DNA of 19,027 nucleotides, taken from positions 1 through 19,027 of the forward strand of contig JBDRIL010000049.1 in assembly GCA_043815885.1 (NCBI GenBank). Reading direction: 5' to 3'. A program made the translations under genes and the position numbers. Below are positions 1 through 7,640 of the stretch, piece after piece. The notes beneath the pieces were generated by a model. It worked only from the letters and a program-made list of their open reading frames with translations. It did not search any database and was not told the origin of the DNA. The DNA comes from an archaeon. GTDB taxonomy: Archaea; Iainarchaeota; Iainarchaeia; Iainarchaeales; 1-14-0-10-31-34. The first letter of the stretch is position 1. Each line of letters opens with the position of its first letter.

Positions 1-140
1 AAATCCTTTAATCTGACTGCTTCGAATTCATCCACTGTAAGAATACTTTCCTCTAAATCAATTACCCTTACTCCTGCGGGCTTAAAATAGGGGAAGTCTG
101 GCTTAAGCCAGACTCTCCTGCACAATCTTGGGCGAGGCAT
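1..140 (-). CDS. DUF134 (UPF0251) family putative DNA-binding protein, 5' part (runs off window)
   Basis: Not in the ORF track. Manual translation from ATG at 140 gives MPRPRLCRRVWLKPDFPYFKPAGVRVIDLEESILTVDEFEAVRLKD, the typical DUF134 N-terminus. It starts 8 nt after the DUF5320 stop, and the two families are commonly neighbours. Confidence 0.8.
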   Translation of the reverse strand, partial: MPRPRLCRRVWLKPDFPYFKPAGVRVIDLEESILTVDEFEAVRLKD

Positions 141-148
141 CTATAACA

Positions 149-352
149 CTATTCCTTCTCAATTTCTTTTAATTCTTTCTCTATTTCTTCCTTTTCTGCT
201 TTGAGTATTTTGGTTTTCTCTTCCTTACTCAATTCTATTGGAGTCCTGTGAAAAGACCTGGCAAACCTTCCGCCAGCCTTTTTTCCACAAGGGCCTCTCC
301 CAAAACCAGTTGGGCCGGTTCCCATAGGACCTGTTCCATCCATTCTAGGCAT
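149..352 (-). CDS. DUF5320 family small Gly-rich protein
   Basis: MPRMDGTGPMGTGPTGFGRGPC signature plus a C-terminal coiled coil; GGAGGT RBS upstream on the minus strand. Confidence 0.75.
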   Translation of the reverse strand: MPRMDGTGPMGTGPTGFGRGPCGKKAGGRFARSFHRTPIELSKEEKTKILKAEKEEIEKELKEIEKE

Positions 353-504
353 TTACATCAACCTCCTTTATGAATTTATATTCAAAACTTTATAATGAAT
401 ATATATTCATAACCCTTTTTAAACCTTTCTTTGGGCATTGGCAGAATCAAAGCTTTCTTCTAGGAGGTATCTATTTATTCTTTACCTGGAACTATTTTTT
501 CTGC

Positions 505-1245
505 ATGGACCTCTCTGAAAAGAACAAAAAAATTTATTCCAATAGATTTAATGAAGGCTATTACTCTGTCTTCAGGGACAGACTGAATAAAACCATCTCA
601 ATGATTAACGGAGAAAAAGGAAAACTTCTGGATATTGGTTGCGGGGACGGTTACTTCACTTCCCTTATAAAGGAAAATTCCTTTCTTGAGGTTTATGGGG
701 CAGACATTCTGGAAAAATATTCCAAGAAATTAAAGGAAAACGGAATTAATTTCCGCAGGATTGACTTAAACAGGGAAGTCCTTCCATTCAAGAACAGTTT
801 CTTTGATTTTGTTGTTGCAGAGGAAGTAATTGAACACGTATTCGATAACGAGAGAATGCTTGAAGAAATAAACAGAGTCTTAAAACCCAATGGAACCTTC
901 ATTTGTTCTGTTCCAAATATTGGCGCTTGGTACAACAGAATCCTTCTTTTATTTGGTTATGTTCCTCACTTCATTGAATCAGGCTCTGAAAAAAGCTATG
1001 GAACTCCTTATGGTTTAATTGACGGCCATGTAAAGGCATTCACAAAAAAAGCCTTTCTTGAATTGCTTAAAGCACACAAATTTGAAGTGCAGACAATCCA
1101 GGGCTGTGTAATTAATCCTCAGTCAGCAGCAGAAAACACCCGCTTCCAGCGCTGGGGCACAAAAATCATTTACCACGCTGAAAGATTCTTCGCCAAATTC
1201 CCCGGCCTAAGCACTAATATTCTAGTAAAGGCAAAAAAGAAATAA
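505..1245 (+). CDS. Class I SAM-dependent methyltransferase (Methyltransf_11-like)
   Basis: LLDIGCGDG motif I, FDFVVAEEVIEH and EINRVLKPNG. Start moved from 370 to the ATG at 505 (MDLSEK) because the upstream extension looks like promoter sequence. Confidence 0.85.
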   Translation: MDLSEKNKKIYSNRFNEGYYSVFRDRLNKTISMINGEKGKLLDIGCGDGYFTSLIKENSFLEVYGADILEKYSKKLKENGINFRRIDLNREVLPFKNSFFDFVVAEEVIEHVFDNERMLEEINRVLKPNGTFICSVPNIGAWYNRILLLFGYVPHFIESGSEKSYGTPYGLIDGHVKAFTKKAFLELLKAHKFEVQTIQGCVINPQSAAENTRFQRWGTKIIYHAERFFAKFPGLSTNILVKAKKK

Positions 1246-1253
1246 ATCGGGAT

Positions 1254-1844
1254 TTACAGGTAAACACTTAGGGCCCTTAGCATTTCAGCATCGGATTTAT
1301 TGTTCAAATCCATTTCCATAAAGTTTATGCTTGACTCTAATTTCCTTATTTCTTCACCTAACTTAAGGGAGAGCTCAGGTAATTTTAGGTGTTCATCGAA
1401 TTTTCTAAGATAATAAGGCGTTCCTCCTTTTTTCCTTCTTATTTCTATTGCATTGAATGGCAGCCACTTTCCAGGCATTCCACTATTCATTCCAGTGCTC
1501 TTATAAAAAAGTCTCCTCCTAGCAAACATGTCCAATACTATTACTATGGGCCTGCTGTGTCCCTTCATTTTTATTCCTGTTTCCAACAGAGTGAAGTGGA
1601 ATGGGTTTCCATTCATGGTTACAGTTATTTCCTTTTTATTTTTAGGATTTAAAATTTTCCTAAAGAAAGGAATTCTTTTTCGGAGAGCAATAAAATAATG
1701 CTTTCTACTTCTAATAAATGCCTTGTGGCTTTTCTCTGATATGCTTCCTCTACGGGTTTTACCCCAATACGTTCTGTTCCAGTTTCTTAGACTCCATTCT
1801 TTAGGTTTCTTCAATGCTCTTTTAACTGTTTTTCCCAGAGGCAT
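1254..1844 (-). CDS. Basic hypothetical protein
   Basis: 196-aa ORF with a Lys/Arg-rich N-terminus, following DUF6498 on the same strand; no family recognised. Confidence 0.6.
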   Translation of the reverse strand: MPLGKTVKRALKKPKEWSLRNWNRTYWGKTRRGSISEKSHKAFIRSRKHYFIALRKRIPFFRKILNPKNKKEITVTMNGNPFHFTLLETGIKMKGHSRPIVIVLDMFARRRLFYKSTGMNSGMPGKWLPFNAIEIRRKKGGTPYYLRKFDEHLKLPELSLKLGEEIRKLESSINFMEMDLNNKSDAEMLRALSVYL

Positions 1845-1868
1845 AATAAAAATTCGCAGTTGAAATAT

Positions 1869-2492
1869 TTAAACCCATTGTTCTCTGTGTTCTATTAAAT
1901 GCATTACCACGTCTGCGCCTGTTTTTAAGAGAAGGAAAAATAATAGCAGTAATGGGCTTGCAATGCCTAGACTGGCTGCAAGCATTATTGTTAGATGCAT
2001 TGGAATAATCCTTGCATAGGGAAACATCATCATTTTTCCAATGCTTTGTTTTTTGGGCTTGTTTTTATAGAATAAGAAGGAAATAAGGTGATTGATAAAG
2101 AATATTCCGGCCATTATTGGAACAAACAAAAAATCAGTGAAAGAAAAATTGATTTGAGTTCCTGAAAGTAAACTGAAAAAAGGAAGCATTATTAAAAAAA
2201 ATGCGTATACTAAATGAAATAACCCGTAATGGAATGCAAAAAAGAATGCCAATAAAGTTTTTACAGTTCCTGTTGGTGCAACAGGTTTATTATTAATAAG
2301 AACTCCTTCGGTTGAAAAGTCTTTTAGTGAGAGCATTCTGATGAAATTAAAGAACCCGATTATTACGCTCTGGCACCAATAAATCCACAGTATCTGAATG
2401 AGGCTCCAGTTCTGCGTGACAGCCAAAAAAATAGTGATAAGGTTTGCTATAATAAGCGAAATAATTGTAGGATCTCTGTAGAAATGCTTCAT
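1869..2492 (-). CDS. DUF6498-like integral membrane protein
   Basis: Several TM segments; motifs YWCQSVIIGFFN, FFAFHYGLFH and MMFPYARIIPMH. Confidence 0.7.
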   Translation of the reverse strand: MKHFYRDPTIISLIIANLITIFLAVTQNWSLIQILWIYWCQSVIIGFFNFIRMLSLKDFSTEGVLINNKPVAPTGTVKTLLAFFFAFHYGLFHLVYAFFLIMLPFFSLLSGTQINFSFTDFLFVPIMAGIFFINHLISFLFYKNKPKKQSIGKMMMFPYARIIPMHLTIMLAASLGIASPLLLLFFLLLKTGADVVMHLIEHREQWV

Positions 2493-2583
2493 GTAATTAA
2501 TTTAGCAGTTGTTTAATTTAAATCTTTTCATTTTTTTCTCATTCTATTTTTTGATTTTATTAAATGCTTTGAGGATGAGTTTC

Positions 2584-2934
2584 TTATAATCCATATAATT
2601 CCTTTATTTTTTGTTTTACTTCTTTTAGTTTCTGATTCGAGATTTTTCCAATCTTTTGTGATACGCTTTGCTTTTCTATAACGACCGGAAAATCTGCTTG
2701 AATTACGCTCTCGTGTTTGAGTTTTCCCACTGCAAAATCTTTTGCTGAGAGTTCCACGTCAAAAGGATAATCTTTTCCCTTGCTTGTGACCTTTAAGACG
2801 ATGATATCTTCTGATTTATTGTTGTATTCTTTTTTACTTATTACAAGCGCTGGTCTTATCTTGGCTGAAAATTGACTTGAAAAAGGAATCGGTGCTACTA
2901 CAATTTCTCCTTGTTCAAAATTCGAAGAGTTCAT
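2584..2934 (-). CDS. mazF: Type II toxin, PemK/MazF family endoribonuclease
   Basis: [12 protein letters not shown]...KIRPALVIS...IVLKVTS motifs. Likely start is ATG 2934 (MNSSNF), overlapping the 3' end of the antitoxin gene. Confidence 0.85.
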   Translation of the reverse strand: MNSSNFEQGEIVVAPIPFSSQFSAKIRPALVISKKEYNNKSEDIIVLKVTSKGKDYPFDVELSAKDFAVGKLKHESVIQADFPVVIEKQSVSQKIGKISNQKLKEVKQKIKELYGL

Positions 2935-3121
2935 GTGCCTCGCTCCATCCTCTTTTGACTGCATGTTCATGGGCGTGCTTCATCCAAAGCATTTTTTCTT
3001 CTTCAACTTCTCTTGCCTTTTTTTCTATTGCCTGCCTTGCCACTTCTGTCCACTTTATTTCAGCGTGTTTTTTCATCACTTTGTGGAGCTGTTCAGGGAT
3101 AGCCATAGTCATATTAACCAT
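2915..3121 (-). CDS. Antitoxin, ribbon-helix-helix type
   Basis: [32 protein letters not shown] is an RHH pattern. It lies directly upstream of and overlaps the toxin; AGGTGA RBS. Confidence 0.75.
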   Translation of the reverse strand: MVNMTMAIPEQLHKVMKKHAEIKWTEVARQAIEKKAREVEEEKMLWMKHAHEHAVKRGWSEAHELFEF

Positions 3122-3303
3122 AAAATCACCTTAAATAAGTAAAATAAGTAGAACTTAATTTAAATGTTTCTTATCGCGCGGCATGATTGTAAATCTCGTC
3201 TGTAAATGCTTTGCAATTGCGCATAAATCCAAACAAGTCTCTTATTAGAAAGCTCTGAACATATATATGTTAAAGAGTTATCTAATTCTTAGGAGGGATT
3301 GCT

Positions 3304-3414
3304 ATGGATCGCCAATTTACTAGAATGCGAAACAGAATACTGAATTACTCGCTTAAACGGCAAAAAAAAGAAGAACTCAAAAACCGTTTTCTTTTGCGCT
3401 CAATTTCACTTTGA
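3304..3414 (+). CDS. Putative 36-aa basic microprotein
   Basis: AGGAGG at 3291-3296, then ATG 3304: MDRQFTRMRNRILNYSLKRQKKEELKNRFLLRSISL*. AT-rich TATA-like run near 3261. Confidence 0.35.
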   Translation: MDRQFTRMRNRILNYSLKRQKKEELKNRFLLRSISL

Positions 3415-3481
3415 CTATTTTGTTTTGCTTTTTGAATTTTACGTTCCAAAGCATTTTTTTATTTTTTAGCAAGCATTTTTA

Positions 3482-3595
3482 TTAAAAAGCTTTAATCCAA
3501 CCCACCAACTCTGAGCAGTGGGTGTAATCCCGCCTCCCGGATTTGCGATTTGGTGGGTGGTTGGTGGTTTGTGGGGTGGGTTTTGTTTCGTTCAT
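3482..3595 (-). CDS. Putative N-terminal fragment (intN) of the att-split tyrosine integrase
   Basis: GAGGTG RBS (3606-3601), then ATG 3595: MNETKPTPQTTNHPPNR-KSGRRDYT (att core)-HCSELVGWIKAF*. The frame through the att core is the same as the open frame leaving the core at 14876. Confidence 0.6.
   Translation of the reverse strand: MNETKPTPQTTNHPPNRKSGRRDYTHCSELVGWIKAF
3521..3546. repeat. att site (tRNA-distal copy), 26-bp direct repeat duplicating the tRNA-Tyr 3' end
   Basis: GGTGTAATCCCGCCTCCCGGATTTGC is identical to 14877..14902; flanking bases differ on both sides. Confidence 0.95.
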
Positions 3596-3624
3596 AAAAT
3601 CACCTCATTTTTGACTTCGATTTT

Positions 3625-3981
3625 TCAAATATCCCTTCTTATTATTTGCCCGGTTAATTTTTCTACTTCCTTTTCTATTTGCCTTTGTCTCTTCGTGCGA
3701 GGATGCCAAAACTTAGCACTTAATTGATACCAACAAAAAGCAACAATTCCCAGACCCACAATGATTTGAATGTATAAACTATTTGGAAAAAGATTTGCAG
3801 AAGCTGAAGAGAACAACCCAGCTCCCAAACCAAAGAAGACGGCTAACATAAACAGAAGCAATTCATATTTTTTTTGGTGAATTTGTCGGTATTCTTTGAG
3901 CTTGCTTTTTACCCATTTCTTTTTGGTTTCCTCAGAAACTTGCGCTAAAAACTTTTTTTCAAGGTCTTTCACTTCAGGCAT
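3625..3981 (-). CDS. Hypothetical two-TM membrane protein
   Basis: Two hydrophobic segments; overlaps the stop of the upstream ORF (translational coupling); GAGGT RBS. Confidence 0.7.
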   Translation of the reverse strand: MPEVKDLEKKFLAQVSEETKKKWVKSKLKEYRQIHQKKYELLLFMLAVFFGLGAGLFSSASANLFPNSLYIQIIVGLGIVAFCWYQLSAKFWHPRTKRQRQIEKEVEKLTGQIIRRDI

Positions 3982-4753
3982 TTTTAAGACCTCTCTTTTT
4001 TAATTTATTTTTGGTAGTTACTATTGGATTGCCTTTCCAATCCTTAGCATAAATCCTCTTACTGGCCTTATTTAGAATGAGTAATATCAGACCAAACAAT
4101 CTGTCTTGTTTAATCTCTGCTCTAAAAGCAGATAAATAGAACACTTCTTCGTCTGTAATCTTTTTCCAGTTTGGCATTGGGTGGTATCCAACAATAGCTT
4201 CTTTGCCAGCCAATTCGGTTTGAATCCTTAGTAACACCATATCAGTTACAATTGAGAGTATTATATCGTTGAATCTTACTTTGTAGTGGTTTTTTGTCCA
4301 AGCTTCGTCTCTCATTGTTGTTGAGTTGAGTCCGCCCCAGTTGTTATCTTCCCACAGTTTCAGGATTGCGTTTTTAATTATCTCTTTTGTTTTGTTTGGG
4401 TAATCGCATTTTTCATTTATGATTTTTTTAATGGCTTTATCCAAGTGGAGAATGTATCTTCTAACTGTATTTTCTTCATCACGGTATTTTATCTTTCCAT
4501 CTTCCGCACTTTCAATTCCTTTGCGTTCAACCCAATCGTAACTTAGAATTCCTTCCTCGGCAGAATTTAATTCTTTAAGAGCCTTGTCTATTGTTCGATT
4601 GTTTGAAAAATCAGTAGTCCTTATTTTCTCATTAGTATGTGTTTTTGTTATTGGATTTAATAGGCGTTTGATTTCGCTGGCATTTAGTGAGTCGAAAAAA
4701 GCAAGTGCGGTTATTATCTTCCATTTTTTGTCTTCTATGCTGTCTCTTGTCAT
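3974..4753 (-). CDS. Putative winged-helix regulator (repressor position of the divergent switch)
   Basis: N-terminal LNASEIKRLL...RTIDKALKEL...GILS...RRYIL resembles a wHTH with long insertions; divergent from the terminase operon. Confidence 0.55.
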   Translation of the reverse strand: MTRDSIEDKKWKIITALAFFDSLNASEIKRLLNPITKTHTNEKIRTTDFSNNRTIDKALKELNSAEEGILSYDWVERKGIESAEDGKIKYRDEENTVRRYILHLDKAIKKIINEKCDYPNKTKEIIKNAILKLWEDNNWGGLNSTTMRDEAWTKNHYKVRFNDIILSIVTDMVLLRIQTELAGKEAIVGYHPMPNWKKITDEEVFYLSAFRAEIKQDRLFGLILLILNKASKRIYAKDWKGNPIVTTKNKLKKRGLKNA

Positions 4754-4864
4754 TTAGCTTACCTTTTCTTTAAGACTAATCTTAGCTTAGCACATGGGCT
4801 AAATTTATAATATAGGCTAACCTTTTTAATTGTAGTGTTGGGTTCTACCCAAGGAGGTCAAGTC
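4754..4864. promoter_or_regulatory. Divergent promoter/operator region
   Basis: TTTATAATATA box near 4804-4814; TTAGC at 4754, 4782 and 4787 and GCTAA at 4798 and 4816, including the inverted repeat TTAGC-N6-GCTAA (4787-4802); GGAGG RBS at 4853. Confidence 0.5.
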
Positions 4865-5056
4865 ATGGAACGAAAAGATTTGGTTGGAAAATCTGCTTTA
4901 GTCTTTTATCAGGACAATTCTAACCTTATTCAAGCCTTTGGAGTAATCAAAGCATTTGATGATACTTTTCTTACAATCCAAACAAGTAAGAACACCTTAC
5001 TCATTCCTAACAGCCAAATACAAAAAATCAAGTTGAGAGGTCTTGAGAGGGACTAA
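4865..5056 (+). CDS. Small Sm/Lsm/Hfq-like fold protein (63 aa)
   Basis: GGAGG RBS, ATG 4865. LVGKSALVFY...GVIKAFDDTFLTI...LLIPNSQIQKI resembles the Sm1/Sm2 pattern. Confidence 0.6.
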   Translation: MERKDLVGKSALVFYQDNSNLIQAFGVIKAFDDTFLTIQTSKNTLLIPNSQIQKIKLRGLERD

Positions 5057-5065
5057 GGTGATACT

Positions 5066-5224
5066 GTGATTATAAAGGATTATGAGAATGCCCCTTCCAA
5101 ATGTTGTCGCTGTGGCAATAAAGCGGTATTGGATTTTGACCTGAATTTCTATTGCAAGCGATGTGTTCTACAATTACTTTCCTCGGTTATACAAGACTTG
5201 CAGAGGCTGGAACATGAAAAATGA
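5066..5224 (+). CDS. 52-aa C4 zinc-finger protein
   Basis: Not in the ORF track. AGGTGA RBS at 5056-5061, GTG 5066: MIIKDYENAPSKCCRCGNKAVLDFDLNFYCKRCVLQLLSSVIQDLQRLEHEK*, with two CxxC motifs. Its end overlaps the next ATG (5214). Confidence 0.7.
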   Translation: MIIKDYENAPSKCCRCGNKAVLDFDLNFYCKRCVLQLLSSVIQDLQRLEHEK

Positions 5225-6050
5225 GTCCTTTTCTTCCGAACAGAAACGCCGAACAGCCCCTATACGTAGAGCAGACTTGCGAGTCCTTTTCGCTATCAGA
5301 AAAGGAGTAAATTCTGTAACGATGGTTTCGAAGGAAATAGGCAGAGGCAAGCCTACAGTGTCTGAGAGGCTACAAAAGCTGGTTAAGCAGGAGCTGGTAA
5401 AAAAGAAAGATTCCCTCTACTATCTCACTACATCTGGTCAAATGGCTTGTTCGGCTTTAGCACGACTACTGCCGAATGAGAAGATTTATTTCCGTCTGCA
5501 CAAGTATACTTTCTCTGCTCCTTTTTTGAAGAAGTCTCCTGAATTGGAGGAAAGGTTAGCTGTAGGTAAGCGGTTTTCTGAGAATTATAATTTTGATAAG
5601 GCTCAATTTCATACTAAGAAGGATTCTGTTACTGTACAGTTTTATTCCAATTCTATTAATTTTGTTTTACCCCCTGTTTATTCTCCTGATTTAATTGTTG
5701 CTGAGGCAGGTGTTGCAAGGTTGTCTAATATTGTTATTGATTTGGTGGAAGAGGCTTTTCCAGGTACGAAGGTTGGTACTTCAGAAGTCTCTTCGCATGT
5801 TGATGATAATCATATTGCTGTTGTTAATCATCCAATGACTCGTGAATTTGAAGAATTTCGCAAGAAGTTTGATGAAACCTATTGTTTCAAAGGAGATAGG
5901 CTTGAAGTTGATTTTTCTGAAGGCGCTCCTGAAATGGAATTTACTGACAGATTACATGCCAAGGAAGACTGTTATAAGGTAGCCAAGTTCTGTAATTGGG
6001 TGGTCAAAGGAAATAATCTTGAGAAGATAATGAAGCTGGTTGAATCGTAG
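5214..6050 (+). CDS. N-terminal wHTH (ArsR/MarR-like) protein with uncharacterised C-terminal domain
   Basis: SVTMVSKEIGRGKPTVSERLQKLVKQELV...YYLTTSG is a clear wHTH. Start placed at ATG 5214, coupled to the Zn-finger gene. Confidence 0.7.
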   Translation: MKNESFSSEQKRRTAPIRRADLRVLFAIRKGVNSVTMVSKEIGRGKPTVSERLQKLVKQELVKKKDSLYYLTTSGQMACSALARLLPNEKIYFRLHKYTFSAPFLKKSPELEERLAVGKRFSENYNFDKAQFHTKKDSVTVQFYSNSINFVLPPVYSPDLIVAEAGVARLSNIVIDLVEEAFPGTKVGTSEVSSHVDDNHIAVVNHPMTREFEEFRKKFDETYCFKGDRLEVDFSEGAPEMEFTDRLHAKEDCYKVAKFCNWVVKGNNLEKIMKLVES

Positions 6051-6092
6051 GCTTTTGGTAATAGTGAATGGTAATAGGTAATAGTGGTTTTT

Positions 6093-7640
6093 ATGAATTG
6101 GACTCCTGAACGAATTGATAAATTTACAGAGCTACTGTCTGAAGGCAGGAGTTTGGAATATGTTGCTGATTACTTTGGTGTCAGCTATACTGCCGCCAAG
6201 CAGGCTAAGTATTTTCACAAGGTAAAGAAGTTGAAGCCAGGGAAAAAGAATGTTCAATTGAAAGAGGTTAAGGAGCTTAATAGGCGTGATTTGGCTTCAA
6301 GGATTCGTGTCCTCAAGGGAGAGGAACTCAGAAAAGAAGTCCCCCTGTTTGGCTTTTCTGATAAGCAATTGAAGCAATGGTTTGACAATGTTGAAGGAGT
6401 AGACAAATTTTGCAAGGATGTACTCGGAATTGAATTACAGCCTTATCAATTGAAAATGGTAAAACTAATGCTTTCTCGGAAGCGCTGCTGTTTTGTCCTT
6501 GGTCGGCAGAGCGGAAAGGATTTTTGCATTGCCTGCTTTGTGCTATGGCTTGCTGTGGTTAATCCCAATCAGAGGATTTTACTTGTTTCTGCTGCTCAAA
6601 GGCAATCTGATTTGTTGTTTAATCGTATCATGCAGTTTATTGCTTCTTCCAATGAATTGTTTGACTCTGTTCAAAAGAGCAACATGGAAGTAATTCAGTT
6701 CACAAATGGCTCAGAGGTTTATTCTCTTCCAAGCACTTCCTATATTCGAGGCTTTACCGAGGTTACTTTTGTTTTTCTGAACGAGGTTGCTCACGGAATT
6801 ACTAAGGATACTCTTCAGGCTGTTGAGCCCATGCTTGCAATAAAGCATGGTTCTCTTGTTATGATGTCTTCTCCTTTGGGCACAAGTGGCGTTCTTTGGG
6901 ATGCCTACAATAATCCAATTTATGCCAAGCTTAAGCTTCCTTCAAGCGTGAACAAATTCATTTCAAGGGAGTGGCTGGAACAGCAGAAGAGAACAATGCC
7001 TTCAATCGCTTACGATTGCGAAATTAATGCAAACTTTTCTCAGGCAATTGATTCCTTTTTCAAGCTTGAAACAATCGAATCTGTTTCGGAGGAGTATTCT
7101 CTAAGACAGACTTGCCCAAAAGAACCAGGCAAGAAATATTTTGCTGGAATTGATTGGGGAAGAATCCAGGATTCGAGCGTTGTTACAGTTGTTTCAAGAG
7201 ATGAAGATGAGTTGTTAAAGGTTGAATCAATCATTGAAATGCAGAACGTTCCCTTCAAACAACAGGAAGAAAGAATTAAGCAACTTCATTCTGAGTGGGA
7301 TTTTGAAAACATTGTTTCTGAATACGCTGGCCTGTCAATCAATTCCTGTGAGAACTTGAACAGAGCTGGACTGCCTGTTGAATTCTTCACGCCTACCTTG
7401 GACAGCAAGGCAGAGGCTTACAATCATCTTTTGTGCAAAATGGAGAATGATGAGTTAACAATTCCATTGCATGACAAGTTGCAGTATGAGCTGCGTGTTT
7501 TCAAATTTGAGGTTAATGCTCAGGGAAAGATGCGTTTGCATCATCAGCAAGGCGGGAGCGATGACTTTGTGGATTCTCTTTGCTATGCTGTTTGGGCTGC
7601 TAAAAGTTCAGGGGAAAGTTGGGATGAACCAATTTGGTGA
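6093..7640 (+). CDS. terL: Terminase large subunit with fused N-terminal HTH
   Basis: LQPYQ adenine-binding motif, Walker A GRQSGKD, Walker B-like VFLNE, coupling motif MSSP, RNase H-like nuclease GIDWG..D and C-terminal DDFVDS. N-terminal WTPERIDKFTELLSEGRSLEYVADYFGVS is an HTH. Confidence 0.9.
   Translation: MNWTPERIDKFTELLSEGRSLEYVADYFGVSYTAAKQAKYFHKVKKLKPGKKNVQLKEVKELNRRDLASRIRVLKGEELRKEVPLFGFSDKQLKQWFDNVEGVDKFCKDVLGIELQPYQLKMVKLMLSRKRCCFVLGRQSGKDFCIACFVLWLAVVNPNQRILLVSAAQRQSDLLFNRIMQFIASSNELFDSVQKSNMEVIQFTNGSEVYSLPSTSYIRGFTEVTFVFLNEVAHGITKDTLQAVEPMLAIKHGSLVMMSSPLGTSGVLWDAYNNPIYAKLKLPSSVNKFISREWLEQQKRTMPSIAYDCEINANFSQAIDSFFKLETIESVSEEYSLRQTCPKEPGKKYFAGIDWGRIQDSSVVTVVSRDEDELLKVESIIEMQNVPFKQQEERIKQLHSEWDFENIVSEYAGLSINSCENLNRAGLPVEFFTPTLDSKAEAYNHLLCKMENDELTIPLHDKLQYELRVFKFEVNAQGKMRLHHQQGGSDDFVDSLCYAVWAAKSSGESWDEPIW

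Noticed and set aside
370..504. N-terminal 45-aa extension of the methyltransferase
   Set aside because: Covers the AT-rich divergent promoter region; ATG 505 gives a normal-sized domain.
3528..3546. Second tRNA gene or split-tRNA half at the left att
   Set aside because: Only the last 19 nt of the tRNA are present, with no anticodon arm or complementary leader; fully explained as the att duplication.
3518..3727. 69-aa plus-strand ORF across the att site
   Set aside because: Antisense to intN and the membrane gene, no RBS; composition comes from the G/T-rich tract.
5163..5213. Track start of the wHTH ORF at 5163
   Set aside because: Lies inside the better-supported Zn-finger gene; ATG 5214 is coupled to that gene's end.
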